In this document: one piece after another, positions 29,849 through 40,010 of the stretch
Layout of the letters: every line of letters begins with the position of its first letter
How positions within the stretch are numbered: position 1 is the stretch's first letter
From: Spirochaetia bacterium
GTDB lineage: Bacteria; Spirochaetota; Spirochaetia; DSM-2461
Length of the DNA: 64,000 bases
Direction: 5' to 3'
NCBI GenBank assembly: GCA_963668315.1
Contig: OY764216.1
Span: forward strand, 4,576,001-4,640,000
The notes under the pieces: model-generated
Databases searched by the model: none
What the model was told of the DNA's origin: nothing
Seen by the model: only the letters and a program-made list of their open reading frames with translations
Program-made: the position numbers and the translations under genes

Positions 29849-32265
29849 TAAAGATATCCTCCCATCGCGGTAATTTTTCTGTCATTTGTAGTTTTATCTC
29901 CCGGGTATTCCTTCCCAAAGGGTTTGGTCAGAAGAATAAGGGCGGGTGTCATGGTATAATCGGCGACCAGGGCTGCGCACAGTCCCAATGGTCCAAGAAT
30001 CCCAACGTTGCGCATGGTCTGAACCGGCGACAGACTGTAGGCGGCAAAGGAAAAGGAAAGTATCACCGTGGTCATGGCCAGAGTTTTTCCTATGGAAACC
30101 AGAGCGTTGGAAACGGATTGCCGATAGTCACCGCAGCGCTCAAACTCATACTTAATCTGATTGATAAAATGGATTGTATCGTCCACGGCTATCCCCAGCA
30201 GCATGGGCATGATGATCATGGTCATCATATCCAGCTGGAAGTTGAAATATCCCATAACGCCCCCTATGACAAGGACCGGGGAGATATTGGGGATAAGACC
30301 TATAAGCCCTGTTGAAAAGCTGGTAAAAACAAGGGCGAGAAGCATGCCTATGATGACCAGCGCGATGAGGAAAGACTTGAGTTCGGCTATGACGATCTTA
30401 TCGTTCAGCCTGGCGAACCGTACCACGCTCCCCACCACCGTAAGCTCCGCTTCGGGGAAAAGCTCCCGGCCCATCCGGTCAATCACTTCCAACTCACTGG
30501 CGACTTCCGAAGAATCGAATCGTGATATCTCGACCTGCGCCCTGAGTAGAGAGTACTCCTCGTCTACCCACTGATATGTATCGGACCCCCCGGAAATCTC
30601 GTAAAGAAACAGTATCTGAGCTATCAAATCCCTGCTGTCCGGTATCTTGTAGTATTCCCCGTTGTCCCCGTTCAGTGTCTGGTTCATATCCTTTACAATG
30701 TCGAGAAGAGAAAAAATCTTTGGGACACCCGATGTTTTTTTTGTCAGATCGAACCGGCCTATCTCGCCAAGTAGCGAATCGAAATGCTTCAGGACTTCCG
30801 GTTCTTTCACAGCGTCGGGATCATCGAATTTAACGGTAACATTATAGTTCAGATAGGAGCCGAGCTGGGAGTTGACAATGGAATGGAGCCTTCGGATATA
30901 AGGGATCTTCAGTCCCATGAATTTGAAGCTGTCCATGTTAACTTCTATCTTCAGAATTCCGGGAACGGCGGCGACGGCTAAAAGGACGAACACCATTATA
31001 ATGAGTTTACTCCTTTTCATTACTCCGTCCCCCAAGGCTAAAAATGCCTTATCCGCCCGGCTGTGTACTGTTACGAACCCTCTGCCTTTTTCGTAATAAT
31101 CCCTGCCGAAGCTGAAAAGGATGGGTATCAGAATTATGACATAGAGGAAAACGGCCAATACCAATGCTGCACAGGTCAGGCCGAGCCATCGGACGGGTTC
31201 TATCCTGATGAAGGCAAAGGAGCACATGGAACCGATCGTGGTTAATACGGTGAACAATATGGGCCATCCCGTTTTTTCCACGGCAGAAATTATTGCTTCA
31301 CGGCGGCTTTTTCCCTGACGGAAGAGTCTTTTGAAGGAGTTGACCAGATGGATAGAATATCCCACGGACAGAGCCATTCCCAAAAGCAAGGGCAAAGTCA
31401 TGAGCATGGAATCTATGCCGATGTTCAGCCAGCCCATAGTCCCGAAAACCACGCCGATTCCTGCTCCGGTAGTAAACAGGGGAACGGCGACTCCCCGAAA
31501 AGAACGCAGAAAAACCGTCAAAAGCAGTATCATTACGGCGAATCCGCTTATCACACGGGTACTGGCTTCGGTGGCCATGAAGTCCCTCTCTTCCGTTTCC
31601 GTATAGGGCATGCCCGCCGCTTTTATAGTGTAAGCATCGCTTACCCAGCGGGGATCGGTCACAACGGCAATAGCCGCTTCACCCGCCTCGTACATGGGAT
31701 CTTTCCCGGTCTTCTTCCATTCCCCCTCTTCGGGATACTCCCTCAGCGAAAGACTAATCCAGGTTTCGGTTCCGTCTTCGGAAACAAGTTTGTTAACCAG
31801 GGAAGAGCGGGACAGAACGAAATTACGGATATTTTGAAGCGTTTGCGGATCGGAAGGAATGATATCCCCAACAGGGTTAACAACAGCAATGCCCTCTTCA
31901 TTTCCGACAGACACATCCACTTCCGTCAAAGACGTGATACTGTCAGCATAGGGGACTTTCAGAAGGAGCTCGTCCCCCATTTCGCGTATCATCGCAAGGA
32001 CCTCTGTCTGAAAGACATCATCAGCTTCCACTAGAATGCCCACCGTATCATTATTACCGAAGCGGTTTTCGAATTCTTCCGTGGCAATCTGTATCTGCTC
32101 CCGGTCATCAAACCATCCTTCATTGGAACTTGCCATTTTTATCCGCCCCATACCGGCTAAGCCTAAAATCGTTATAACCGCGAGAAGGGCTAGAAACGGC
32201 CATCTAAAACGTAACAGATTTTCCGCAGAACGCCGGAAAAATCGGTTTATGTTCATTAATTCCAT
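29848..32265 (-). CDS. MMPL/RND-superfamily transporter
   Basis: Two repeats; SVGYSIHL...F and GIAVDDTIHF. Confidence 0.9.
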   Translation of the reverse strand: MELMNINRFFRRSAENLLRFRWPFLALLAVITILGLAGMGRIKMASSNEGWFDDREQIQIATEEFENRFGNNDTVGILVEADDVFQTEVLAMIREMGDELLLKVPYADSITSLTEVDVSVGNEEGIAVVNPVGDIIPSDPQTLQNIRNFVLSRSSLVNKLVSEDGTETWISLSLREYPEEGEWKKTGKDPMYEAGEAAIAVVTDPRWVSDAYTIKAAGMPYTETEERDFMATEASTRVISGFAVMILLLTVFLRSFRGVAVPLFTTGAGIGVVFGTMGWLNIGIDSMLMTLPLLLGMALSVGYSIHLVNSFKRLFRQGKSRREAIISAVEKTGWPILFTVLTTIGSMCSFAFIRIEPVRWLGLTCAALVLAVFLYVIILIPILFSFGRDYYEKGRGFVTVHSRADKAFLALGDGVMKRSKLIIMVFVLLAVAAVPGILKIEVNMDSFKFMGLKIPYIRRLHSIVNSQLGSYLNYNVTVKFDDPDAVKEPEVLKHFDSLLGEIGRFDLTKKTSGVPKIFSLLDIVKDMNQTLNGDNGEYYKIPDSRDLIAQILFLYEISGGSDTYQWVDEEYSLLRAQVEISRFDSSEVASELEVIDRMGRELFPEAELTVVGSVVRFARLNDKIVIAELKSFLIALVIIGMLLALVFTSFSTGLIGLIPNISPVLVIGGVMGYFNFQLDMMTMIIMPMLLGIAVDDTIHFINQIKYEFERCGDYRQSVSNALVSIGKTLAMTTVILSFSFAAYSLSPVQTMRNVGILGPLGLCAALVADYTMTPALILLTKPFGKEYPGDKTTNDRKITAMGGYL

Positions 32266-32375
32266 AAAAACCTCCTGAATTGCAGACTAATATTGTTTGT
32301 TTATGCTATTTCGATAGGATATTCTACATACTAATTCCCATACTACCGAAAAAGGGATTAATTGCGGAGATTCTT

Positions 32376-33404
32376 ATGGAAATGCGATTCCGGGAAATAG
32401 GAGAATTAACGACCAGTCTCCAGACTTATATGAACAACTTCTCCCCCTACGATAGCTGCGATGCCGCCTGGCTTTTCGAAGCTCATGGTCTTGAGGGACA
32501 TTTTGTCACGCGCACGCTTGCACCGGGATTTTCCGTAAGCTTTGTCGACGCCTCCCTGGACACGGTATTCCGCTTCAAAACGAAGTCCAGTCAAACCGGT
32601 CTTGTTAAGATAGGAATAAACCTTGAAGGTATTATGGAATCAAAAATTAAAGGGTATCGCCATGAAATTTGCGGGTTTCCAGGTCAGAGTTATATTTCAC
32701 GGGTAGACGGGGAGATGGAAATGGAGAGTCTAATTTCGCCACAGAAAAGGATAAGACTTCTGGAAATCCATTTTGGGAGGGATTTGTTCCGCAGTCTCTG
32801 CGACGATTCGGAATGTTCCCTGACATCCTACCTGAAATCTGTCGCCGGAGAGAATGGAAATGCCTTTACATACTGCAGTACGGTACTTCCCCCGGCACAG
32901 GAAGAAACCGCCCTGGATATAATTAATGCTCTCTCAAGGCCGGAGAAGGAAGCAGCAGAGGCGCTTTGCCGGGAATTCGCCCAAAGGACCATAATTCATG
33001 TGGGCCGGGGAATGCAATCGGCGAGTACTGTGATATCGGCGAGCGATATAGAGAAGATACGCCAGAGCCGTGCCTTATTGGAGGAGAACCTGATAACACC
33101 CCCTTCCCTCAAGGAAATGGCCGTAATAATCGGATTGAACGACTATAAATTAAAAGCCGGTTACCGTCAGGCATACGGATCGACTTACCACAGGACATTA
33201 ACAGAATTGCGCCTGGAAAAGGCCCGCAGGATCCTTCTTAAGAAAGATCGGTCCGTATCTGAAACGGCTATGGAGGTCGGTTACGGAAACCTGGGTGACT
33301 TCGGGATCGCCTTTAAAAAGCGCTTCGGTATGACTCCCCGTATGATGCTGGTTAATGCTTTGCCATCAGAAATAACCCAAGTTGTTGACACATTTACAGA
33401 TTAA
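32376..33404 (+). CDS. AraC family regulator (PchR/YbtA-like)
   Basis: PPSL.E.A..IGLN..KLK.G, VGY.N...F..AFKKRFG.TP; divergent from the MMPL operon; start moved to 32376. Confidence 0.88.
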   Translation: MEMRFREIGELTTSLQTYMNNFSPYDSCDAAWLFEAHGLEGHFVTRTLAPGFSVSFVDASLDTVFRFKTKSSQTGLVKIGINLEGIMESKIKGYRHEICGFPGQSYISRVDGEMEMESLISPQKRIRLLEIHFGRDLFRSLCDDSECSLTSYLKSVAGENGNAFTYCSTVLPPAQEETALDIINALSRPEKEAAEALCREFAQRTIIHVGRGMQSASTVISASDIEKIRQSRALLEENLITPPSLKEMAVIIGLNDYKLKAGYRQAYGSTYHRTLTELRLEKARRILLKKDRSVSETAMEVGYGNLGDFGIAFKKRFGMTPRMMLVNALPSEITQVVDTFTD

Positions 33405-33422
33405 AAATAACATATCATAAAA

Positions 33423-33439
33423 GTATTACAATGTAATAC
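33423..33439. promoter_or_regulatory. Perfect palindrome, candidate metalloregulator operator
   Basis: GTATTACA-A-TGTAATAC just upstream of the permease start. Confidence 0.55.
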
Positions 33440-33448
33440 CATATATAA

Positions 33449-34402
33449 GTGAGGCTCCCCGTGATTACATCATTCACTGAAGAATTTTCCCTTTATTTTA
33501 TTTCTCTTATCATCGAAGCCGCCGGATTCGTATTAATAGGAAGTATAATCGGAAGTGTGATAGAAGAGTTTCTTCCGGAAGATACTATTCCCCGACTAAT
33601 GCGGAATAAAACCTTCGGAGCGATACTCATAGCCGGTTTGATAGGATTGCTTCTTCCCATCTGCGAATGCGCCATAGTACCCATAGCCAAAAAGCTTATG
33701 CAAAAAGGGACTCCCCCCGCCGTGGCTATCACCTTTATGCTAGCCGCTCCCATCGTGAATTCCATCGTAGGGTTATCGACTTTCGTGGCTTTCTCTTCTG
33801 ACGTCCAGATGGTTCTTATCCGCCTGTTATCCGGTTACGTCCTCTCCGTCCTCATAGGAATGTTTTTCATTTACCCCCTAAGGAAAAACAGGGACAGTCT
33901 TATCCTTTCCGAAGACAATCACCGCAACGGATGCAGCTGCTGCCATGATTCTCATGACCATGGGCCGGTACCTGTAAAAGAGAGATTGGGACATATGGCT
34001 AAGCATACGTGGAAAGAATTTTCCGGAGCCGCCGGCTATCTGTTTATCGGAGCGGGCATAGCGGCATTTTTCCATAGTACAGTTCCCATGGGGCTTCTCG
34101 ACATATTCCACCGCTTTCCCGGAGGGGACAAGCTTTTCATGATGGCATCCGCTTTTATCCTGAATTTGTGCAGCGAAGCGGACGCTTTCGTCGCCCGCAG
34201 CTTCTCCGGCCAGTTTTCCCCCTCCGCCCTGATGGCGTTCATGGTGCTGGGCCCCATGCTTGATATAAAACTTCTGGCCATGTACAGAACCATATTCAAA
34301 CCGCGGATGATCCTTATTCTCGGCATTACGATTTTCCTATCCGTCTTCCTGTGGATTTCATTACTCGATGGGGTCGGCATTTTCCGGGGGATATCCCTAT
34401 GA
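33449..34402 (+). CDS. DUF318/YcgR-like permease (probable Zn/metal uptake)
   Basis: PICEC, FMLAAP, His/Cys-rich loop, LCSEADAF, GPMLDIK. Confidence 0.88.
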   Translation: MRLPVITSFTEEFSLYFISLIIEAAGFVLIGSIIGSVIEEFLPEDTIPRLMRNKTFGAILIAGLIGLLLPICECAIVPIAKKLMQKGTPPAVAITFMLAAPIVNSIVGLSTFVAFSSDVQMVLIRLLSGYVLSVLIGMFFIYPLRKNRDSLILSEDNHRNGCSCCHDSHDHGPVPVKERLGHMAKHTWKEFSGAAGYLFIGAGIAAFFHSTVPMGLLDIFHRFPGGDKLFMMASAFILNLCSEADAFVARSFSGQFSPSALMAFMVLGPMLDIKLLAMYRTIFKPRMILILGITIFLSVFLWISLLDGVGIFRGISL

Positions 34403-35136
34403 AGAAAAATTATTTTTCTCTCCATCTGCTGATGGTCAGCATCGGCGGACTCTTCTGGGGCACCCTCTGCCGGAGAGACTCCGGACATTGCCTGGCCGAA
34501 AAGTTCATCCATCCCCGATTTCTCTGGATTCCCTATCTTACCATGTTCATCTTCATGGCCATCACCTTGTATTTTTTGTATCTCGCTTTTTCCGGTAAAG
34601 AAGTAAAGATAGAGACTCCGCCCCCCTGGTTCCTCATAATCCCCCTTCTGCTTCTTCACCCGGCCATTAAAGCCCAGCCGGGTTCGGACGCGGTAAAGCG
34701 GCGGGGAGACGAAACTGTTCTGACCGAGACCGCCGGAGAGACTCCGATTCAAAATCCGACTTTCAAATCGAAATATCCCCTGGAACCCAAAGTCTATTCC
34801 GACGGATTGAATCATATTTCCCATATTGTTATGAATGACCAAACCTATCAGGGAAAGGACGTGGAAATCATCGGACAGGCGGCTTTTTCTGACCGGCTGC
34901 CCGAAGGTGCATTCTATCTCTTCCGTTTTATTATCTATTGCTGCGCCGCCGACGCAGTGCCCGCCGGGTTGATCGTGACAGGTTATAACGGGGAGGATAT
35001 CGAAGAGGACGGATGGTATAAGATAAAAGGAAAAGTCGGTTATCTGAAAGTGGAAGGGAAAGAGTACGTCTCCTTACAGGGCGAAAAAGTCATTCCTGCG
35101 GAAGCTCCGGATTTTCCCTACGAGAATTTGAATTAA
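34399..35136 (+). CDS. TIGR03943/YcgQ-like (DUF1980) membrane protein
   Basis: FIHPR, RFII.CCAADA, W.KI.G; ATGA overlap with the permease. Confidence 0.85.
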   Translation: MKKNYFSLHLLMVSIGGLFWGTLCRRDSGHCLAEKFIHPRFLWIPYLTMFIFMAITLYFLYLAFSGKEVKIETPPPWFLIIPLLLLHPAIKAQPGSDAVKRRGDETVLTETAGETPIQNPTFKSKYPLEPKVYSDGLNHISHIVMNDQTYQGKDVEIIGQAAFSDRLPEGAFYLFRFIIYCCAADAVPAGLIVTGYNGEDIEEDGWYKIKGKVGYLKVEGKEYVSLQGEKVIPAEAPDFPYENLN

Positions 35137-35174
35137 TACTTCGTATAACGAAGCGAATACTATAAGATAAGGTT

Positions 35175-36341
35175 ATGTTTATGAGATATGGTGCTATTTA
35201 CTTTACATTTTGTTTTCTTCTCCTGCCCAACGTTCTGTCGGGGCAATCCAAGCCCGCAGAAACGGCTCCATTTTTCGATCTTCGGGAAACGGAATACGTC
35301 GTCACGGTAGATCTGTCCGAACAGGTAGTCTCGGTCTATCTGGAGGGAAGCCTCGTAAAAAACATGATTTGCTCCTCGGGAATTCCCACGGCGGACAACG
35401 CCACGCCCAAGGGCCGTTTCATCATAGACGAAAGCGGAAAGAAACGGGGCGAATGGTTTTTCTCACGCACATTCAAAGAAGGTGCTGAATACTGGGTGGG
35501 CTTTATCGGAGGGATTTATCTTTTCCACTCGGTACCCATGAACGAAGAACGGGAGGTTATTCCCGCCCAGGCGGAACTATTGGGACAACCCGCCTCACAT
35601 GGCTGCATCAGACTTTCCGTGGAAGATGCAAAATGGTTCTACGAAACAATCCCTTCCGGTACGGTTCTCCATATTTTCGGAATAACTCCGGGAGAGGAGG
35701 GACTTCCCGAACCTCCTATTCAGAAAAAGGACGAAGCGACGCTCTGGCTGACCCATAATCATCAGAGTTATTACCAGAAGCATCTCCTTAGCTGCGAGGC
35801 TGCCTTGATCCGCCTTTTTCTGGCCATGGCCGGTATAGATGAGGAGGAAGAAAAGATTCTGAAGCAGATGCCCCAAGGCAACGATCCAGAGCAATCCTTT
35901 GTCTGCCTGAATATTGATCACGGACGCAGAGGAGAGGGAGGAGAGATTATCTGGGATAATTACGGCACCCATCCTCCCGTAGTGAAGGAGAGTATCGAAT
36001 ATTGGCTGGAACAGAATAAAAAGGACAGTCTCTACGATATCAGGGAAGAAAGGCTTTCCGATGGGGAACTTAAAGAGCTTTGTATCCATGACGACTCTTT
36101 TCTGGGAGCCATCATCTGGGTAATCGGCCATCCCACCCGGTGGGGAGAACCTGCCCGGGTAAACGAAAGGGGAATGGTTCTGGGCGAACATGTCAGATTC
36201 CTGAACCCCGAGCTGGACAGTTCCGGCGATTTTCTCGTCTGGGATCCGGAAGTCAGCACCGACCAGCCCCACCATTACACCTCTTTCCCCACCCGATCGG
36301 CTTTTGATTTCCGTGTATTGACGATACGTAAGAAGGAGTAG
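35175..36341 (+). CDS. L,D-transpeptidase (YkuD) fused to a C39-like peptidase domain
   Basis: VDLSEQ, TPKG.F, FHS...ASHGCIRL; C-terminal Q....SCEAA...H...WDP. Confidence 0.8.
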   Translation: MFMRYGAIYFTFCFLLLPNVLSGQSKPAETAPFFDLRETEYVVTVDLSEQVVSVYLEGSLVKNMICSSGIPTADNATPKGRFIIDESGKKRGEWFFSRTFKEGAEYWVGFIGGIYLFHSVPMNEEREVIPAQAELLGQPASHGCIRLSVEDAKWFYETIPSGTVLHIFGITPGEEGLPEPPIQKKDEATLWLTHNHQSYYQKHLLSCEAALIRLFLAMAGIDEEEEKILKQMPQGNDPEQSFVCLNIDHGRRGEGGEIIWDNYGTHPPVVKESIEYWLEQNKKDSLYDIREERLSDGELKELCIHDDSFLGAIIWVIGHPTRWGEPARVNERGMVLGEHVRFLNPELDSSGDFLVWDPEVSTDQPHHYTSFPTRSAFDFRVLTIRKKE

Positions 36342-36372
36342 ATGACAACCGGCCGATATGCCGCCTCATGGT

Positions 36373-36723
36373 TCAACTACCGATCAAATGATTTGAAATA
36401 ACGGGGGCGATTTTCACCCCCGCGATAACGAAAAGAGCGATGACAAAGGTTTCTATTCCAGCCTTCATGCTTATCTCTTTCATTAAAAGTGCCGCGGCCA
36501 GATCAGTTATAACGCAAACTGCAAGAGCTCCCCAGATTCCCGTTTTCGATGAAACGAATATCATCAGAAACAACAGGGGCACCGATACCAGAATCCCCAA
36601 AAGCGCCACCAAGAACATCGGAGCGGCCGAATAGGACTTGATGATATGAGACATCCCTGCCATTCTCGGACACACGACAAAAAAACCGAAGGCAAAGGCC
36701 GATACAATTACTTCTCTGGTCAT
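36373..36723 (-). CDS. Small hypothetical membrane protein
   Basis: 4 TMs, CPRMAGM motif, gaggtg RBS. Confidence 0.7.
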   Translation of the reverse strand: MTREVIVSAFAFGFFVVCPRMAGMSHIIKSYSAAPMFLVALLGILVSVPLLFLMIFVSSKTGIWGALAVCVITDLAAALLMKEISMKAGIETFVIALFVIAGVKIAPVISNHLIGS

Positions 36724-36791
36724 ATTATCACCTCATTATAATGAAATACTAAATTAAACAGTTTACATAGGCTCCCGGTCGCCCAGTTGAA

Positions 36792-37583
36792 TTAGACGAC
36801 TGTGACCAGCGAGGCCCCGCTCCGTCTGATGGGAGTAACGGAGAGGACTCCCTCATGGCAATGTATATCGGCTTCGACCCCGTAGACCTGTTCCACATTT
36901 TTCGCAGTAAGAATATGCTCCGGTTTTCCGGAGGCATAAACCCGGCCGTCCTTCATCATGACGATTTTGTCGGCGTAGCGGGAAGCGAGGTTAAGGTCGT
37001 GAATAACCATGAGAACTCCGATAGACCTCTTATGAACCGAATTATGGATAATCTCCATCACCTCAAGCTGATGGGCTATATCAAGGGCCGAAGTAGGTTC
37101 GTCCAGAAGTAAAAAGCGCGGTTCCTGGGCAAGAGCCCTCGCGATAAGGACCCGCTGCTGCTGTCCTCCGGAAAGGCAGTTGAACTCGTTCATGGCAAGG
37201 TCCTCGAGTCCCATCTGCTCGAGGACATCGGCCACCACATCTATATCCTTATCGCTGCATCTCCATGAGAAATGGGGTTTGCGCCCCATCATGACCGTAT
37301 CGAATACGGACGCCGAAAACAACTGGGAACTGATCTGAGGAACATAACCGATAAGTCTGGCTATTTCTATTCTACTCAGGAAACCGGAATCGCTCCCGTC
37401 CAGATAAATCTTTCCGCGATCAGGTTGCTGCAGTCCCTCGATACACTTAACCAAAGTACTTTTACCGCTCCCGTTTGGCCCTACGACACAGACAATATCA
37501 TTGTCTTTTATCTCAAGATCTATCCCCTTGAGAACATCCTTCCCGGGATATGAGAAGTATAAATCCTTTGCTTCAACCTTCAT
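36792..37583 (-). CDS. FecE/BtuD-type ABC ATPase
   Basis: GPNGSGKST, LSGGQQQR, DEPTSALD, HDLNLA. Confidence 0.93.
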   Translation of the reverse strand: MKVEAKDLYFSYPGKDVLKGIDLEIKDNDIVCVVGPNGSGKSTLVKCIEGLQQPDRGKIYLDGSDSGFLSRIEIARLIGYVPQISSQLFSASVFDTVMMGRKPHFSWRCSDKDIDVVADVLEQMGLEDLAMNEFNCLSGGQQQRVLIARALAQEPRFLLLDEPTSALDIAHQLEVMEIIHNSVHKRSIGVLMVIHDLNLASRYADKIVMMKDGRVYASGKPEHILTAKNVEQVYGVEADIHCHEGVLSVTPIRRSGASLVTVV

Positions 37584-38665
37584 GTTAGTCCTCCGTTTTT
37601 TTTCATGATAAGATAAACAAAGAGGGGTACGCCCAAAAAGGCCGTTACCGCTCCTACGGGAAGAATCACCGGCGACATAATCGTTCTGGCGATCGTATCG
37701 GCAAGAACCAGCAGGACGGCGCCTACCAGACCGGACGCCGGAACAAGAACCCGGTTATCGTTTCCTATGATCATCCTGACCAGATGGGGTGCGACAAGAC
37801 CTATAAATCCTATGGTTCCGGTAAAACTCACTATCCCGGCGACCATCACGGTACATACTACCATGGTAAAGATTCTCGTGCCCTGCACGTTTATCCCAAG
37901 GCTCCTGGCGCTGGCATCCCCTGTATTCATAATATTAAGGTCCCCCGATTTCCATATAAGAAGCGCTTCCCCCAGGAAAACAAGCGGAGCCGCTATGGCG
38001 ATCTTATTCCAATCCGCCTTACCGAGGTCGCCGACCGTCCAGAACACGGCGGCCTTCACGGCATCGGAATCCCCGAAATATTGGACAATTGTCGTCATGG
38101 CTTGAAAAAAGAACAGCAGGGCAAGTCCCGTAAGCACCATGGATTCGGGCGTTGCCCCCCTTCTTCCGGAAATAAGGAGAATGAGACCGGAAGACAAAAG
38201 GGAAAAAAGAAAGGCATTACCTATAATCAGATAAGAACCGCCCAATACGCCTACCCCCAGAATAATAGCCAGGGAGGCACCAAAACCGGCGGCCGATGAG
38301 ATCCCCAGCATATAGGGATCGGCCAGGGGATTCTTTAGGACAACCTGCATGGTGGCCCCGGCTGATCCAAGGGCCATTCCGGCCAAAACCCCCATGATAA
38401 TACGGGGAAGTCTCAATTTCCATATGATAATTTCCGAATTGACCGCCCCTCCGGCATGATTGCTCATGGGAAATAGCTTACGGAATAGAGTTCTATAAAC
38501 ATCGGGAAAGGAAATATCCGCTGACCCGAAAGCCACAGCCAAACCGATCAATATAAGAACTACCGGAATCAAGATGAAAACAAATAGCCTTTTTTTAAAG
38601 CAATGCTTTTCATAAGCCGCCTTAATTCCGAGGCTTCGATTCCTTAGAACCCCAATTTCAGACAT
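37580..38665 (-). CDS. FecCD/BtuC family permease
   Basis: RLPR, NPLADP..LGIS, G.IGFIGL..PH. Confidence 0.93.
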   Translation of the reverse strand: MSEIGVLRNRSLGIKAAYEKHCFKKRLFVFILIPVVLILIGLAVAFGSADISFPDVYRTLFRKLFPMSNHAGGAVNSEIIIWKLRLPRIIMGVLAGMALGSAGATMQVVLKNPLADPYMLGISSAAGFGASLAIILGVGVLGGSYLIIGNAFLFSLLSSGLILLISGRRGATPESMVLTGLALLFFFQAMTTIVQYFGDSDAVKAAVFWTVGDLGKADWNKIAIAAPLVFLGEALLIWKSGDLNIMNTGDASARSLGINVQGTRIFTMVVCTVMVAGIVSFTGTIGFIGLVAPHLVRMIIGNDNRVLVPASGLVGAVLLVLADTIARTIMSPVILPVGAVTAFLGVPLFVYLIMKKNGGLT

Positions 38666-38837
38666 ACTAACTCCTTAAAACGCCAGAAAAGAATCTATAA
38701 CTTCAGCGTACAATGTTGCATGTTGCTAAAGATATTATTAATGCCTAATGCCTAGGCCAATAATAGTTTTCGTTTTAATTTAAAGAAAAAACCATTGTTA
38801 CGTATGGGACATGAACAATTCAGAAAACGTGAAGCTT

Positions 38838-39947
38838 CTATTCAGAATAAATAAACAAACCTCTTTCTGAAATGTCAAAATCAGTTTTGATAAATCGTGT
38901 TAAAAACTCTTGATGAATCGCTTCCGGGTAAAAGTTATGAAGTAAATCGGGATATAGTTGTTTAGCAACATAGCACACGCCTAAAAACCATAATTCCTGA
39001 CGCAGTCCGCCGTCGATAACGCATACATCACCGTTTTTTACAGCCTCCGTTCCTTCAAGGGCCGAACCGGTTTTTATCAGATCCATAATTTCTTTTGCAA
39101 AGTGATTATCCGGCGCATCATAACCGATGGCATCGCCACCCGATTGGGAGGCGAACACATCACGTACAATATAATCTGGATTCTCCATGATAACCCATTC
39201 CGGATCTACAACTATCCAGTCGCCCTTTTGCGACGATGCAATATTTATCCCGCCTGCCATGGTAATGATCGCATTGCCCAAGGGACTTTCCTTTCCATAG
39301 GTCCCGTACGGAGGGCCTTCGGTTAATCCGTATTCTCCTCCGTAAAATTCAAATACCCGTTTTCTTTCATCAACCGGTACGGCAGCTATTTTTTCCTTTA
39401 TGATGTCCAGCTGCCCCATATACCATTCGACAAAAGTTTCGGCCTCGTTATCTTTGCCGAGTATATGACCTATAAGACGAATATTTTCATCGTAAGTCTC
39501 GGGTTCAAGACGAAGGCGGACAATCGGAATAGCTCCGTTTACGGCCTTGTCGATATCTGTCGGAGTCCAATAACTGAGAAAGATTACATCCGGATTAATT
39601 TCCAGTATTTTCTCTATATCGGGAGCTGTATAATCTCCGACTTTAGGAATCTCCCCCAATAAAGGGAATATTTTTTCCGTGGAGTCCGTCATTTTACCGA
39701 TTCCGCCGACAAGTCCTTCTGCCCCTATCGCCTGAATAATGGGAACGGCATCGGGATCGACAACGACAATTTTCCTTATGGATCGGGGAATCAGCACTTC
39801 CCTTCCGGTATAATCGGTTATAGAGAAGCAGTCCTGCCCCTCCCCGGGTTCTGAAATATCACGATATTCCCGATTCCCCTCTGCTGGCAGTCTCATTACG
39901 GAAATAACGGTAAAAGTCAGAAAAAACAGAAACTTAAGTTTATCCAT
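38838..39947 (-). CDS. Iron-siderophore/corrinoid-type substrate-binding protein
   Basis: TDYTGREV, PDIEKILEINPD, VDPEWV; start set at MDKL (RBS aaggag). Confidence 0.85.
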   Translation of the reverse strand: MDKLKFLFFLTFTVISVMRLPAEGNREYRDISEPGEGQDCFSITDYTGREVLIPRSIRKIVVVDPDAVPIIQAIGAEGLVGGIGKMTDSTEKIFPLLGEIPKVGDYTAPDIEKILEINPDVIFLSYWTPTDIDKAVNGAIPIVRLRLEPETYDENIRLIGHILGKDNEAETFVEWYMGQLDIIKEKIAAVPVDERKRVFEFYGGEYGLTEGPPYGTYGKESPLGNAIITMAGGINIASSQKGDWIVVDPEWVIMENPDYIVRDVFASQSGGDAIGYDAPDNHFAKEIMDLIKTGSALEGTEAVKNGDVCVIDGGLRQELWFLGVCYVAKQLYPDLLHNFYPEAIHQEFLTRFIKTDFDISERGLFIYSE

Positions 39948-40010
39948 AGAATCACTCCTTATCAAAGACAATCGTCTTCATTACAGATAATTATTTGTTA
40001 TGGAAAATTA

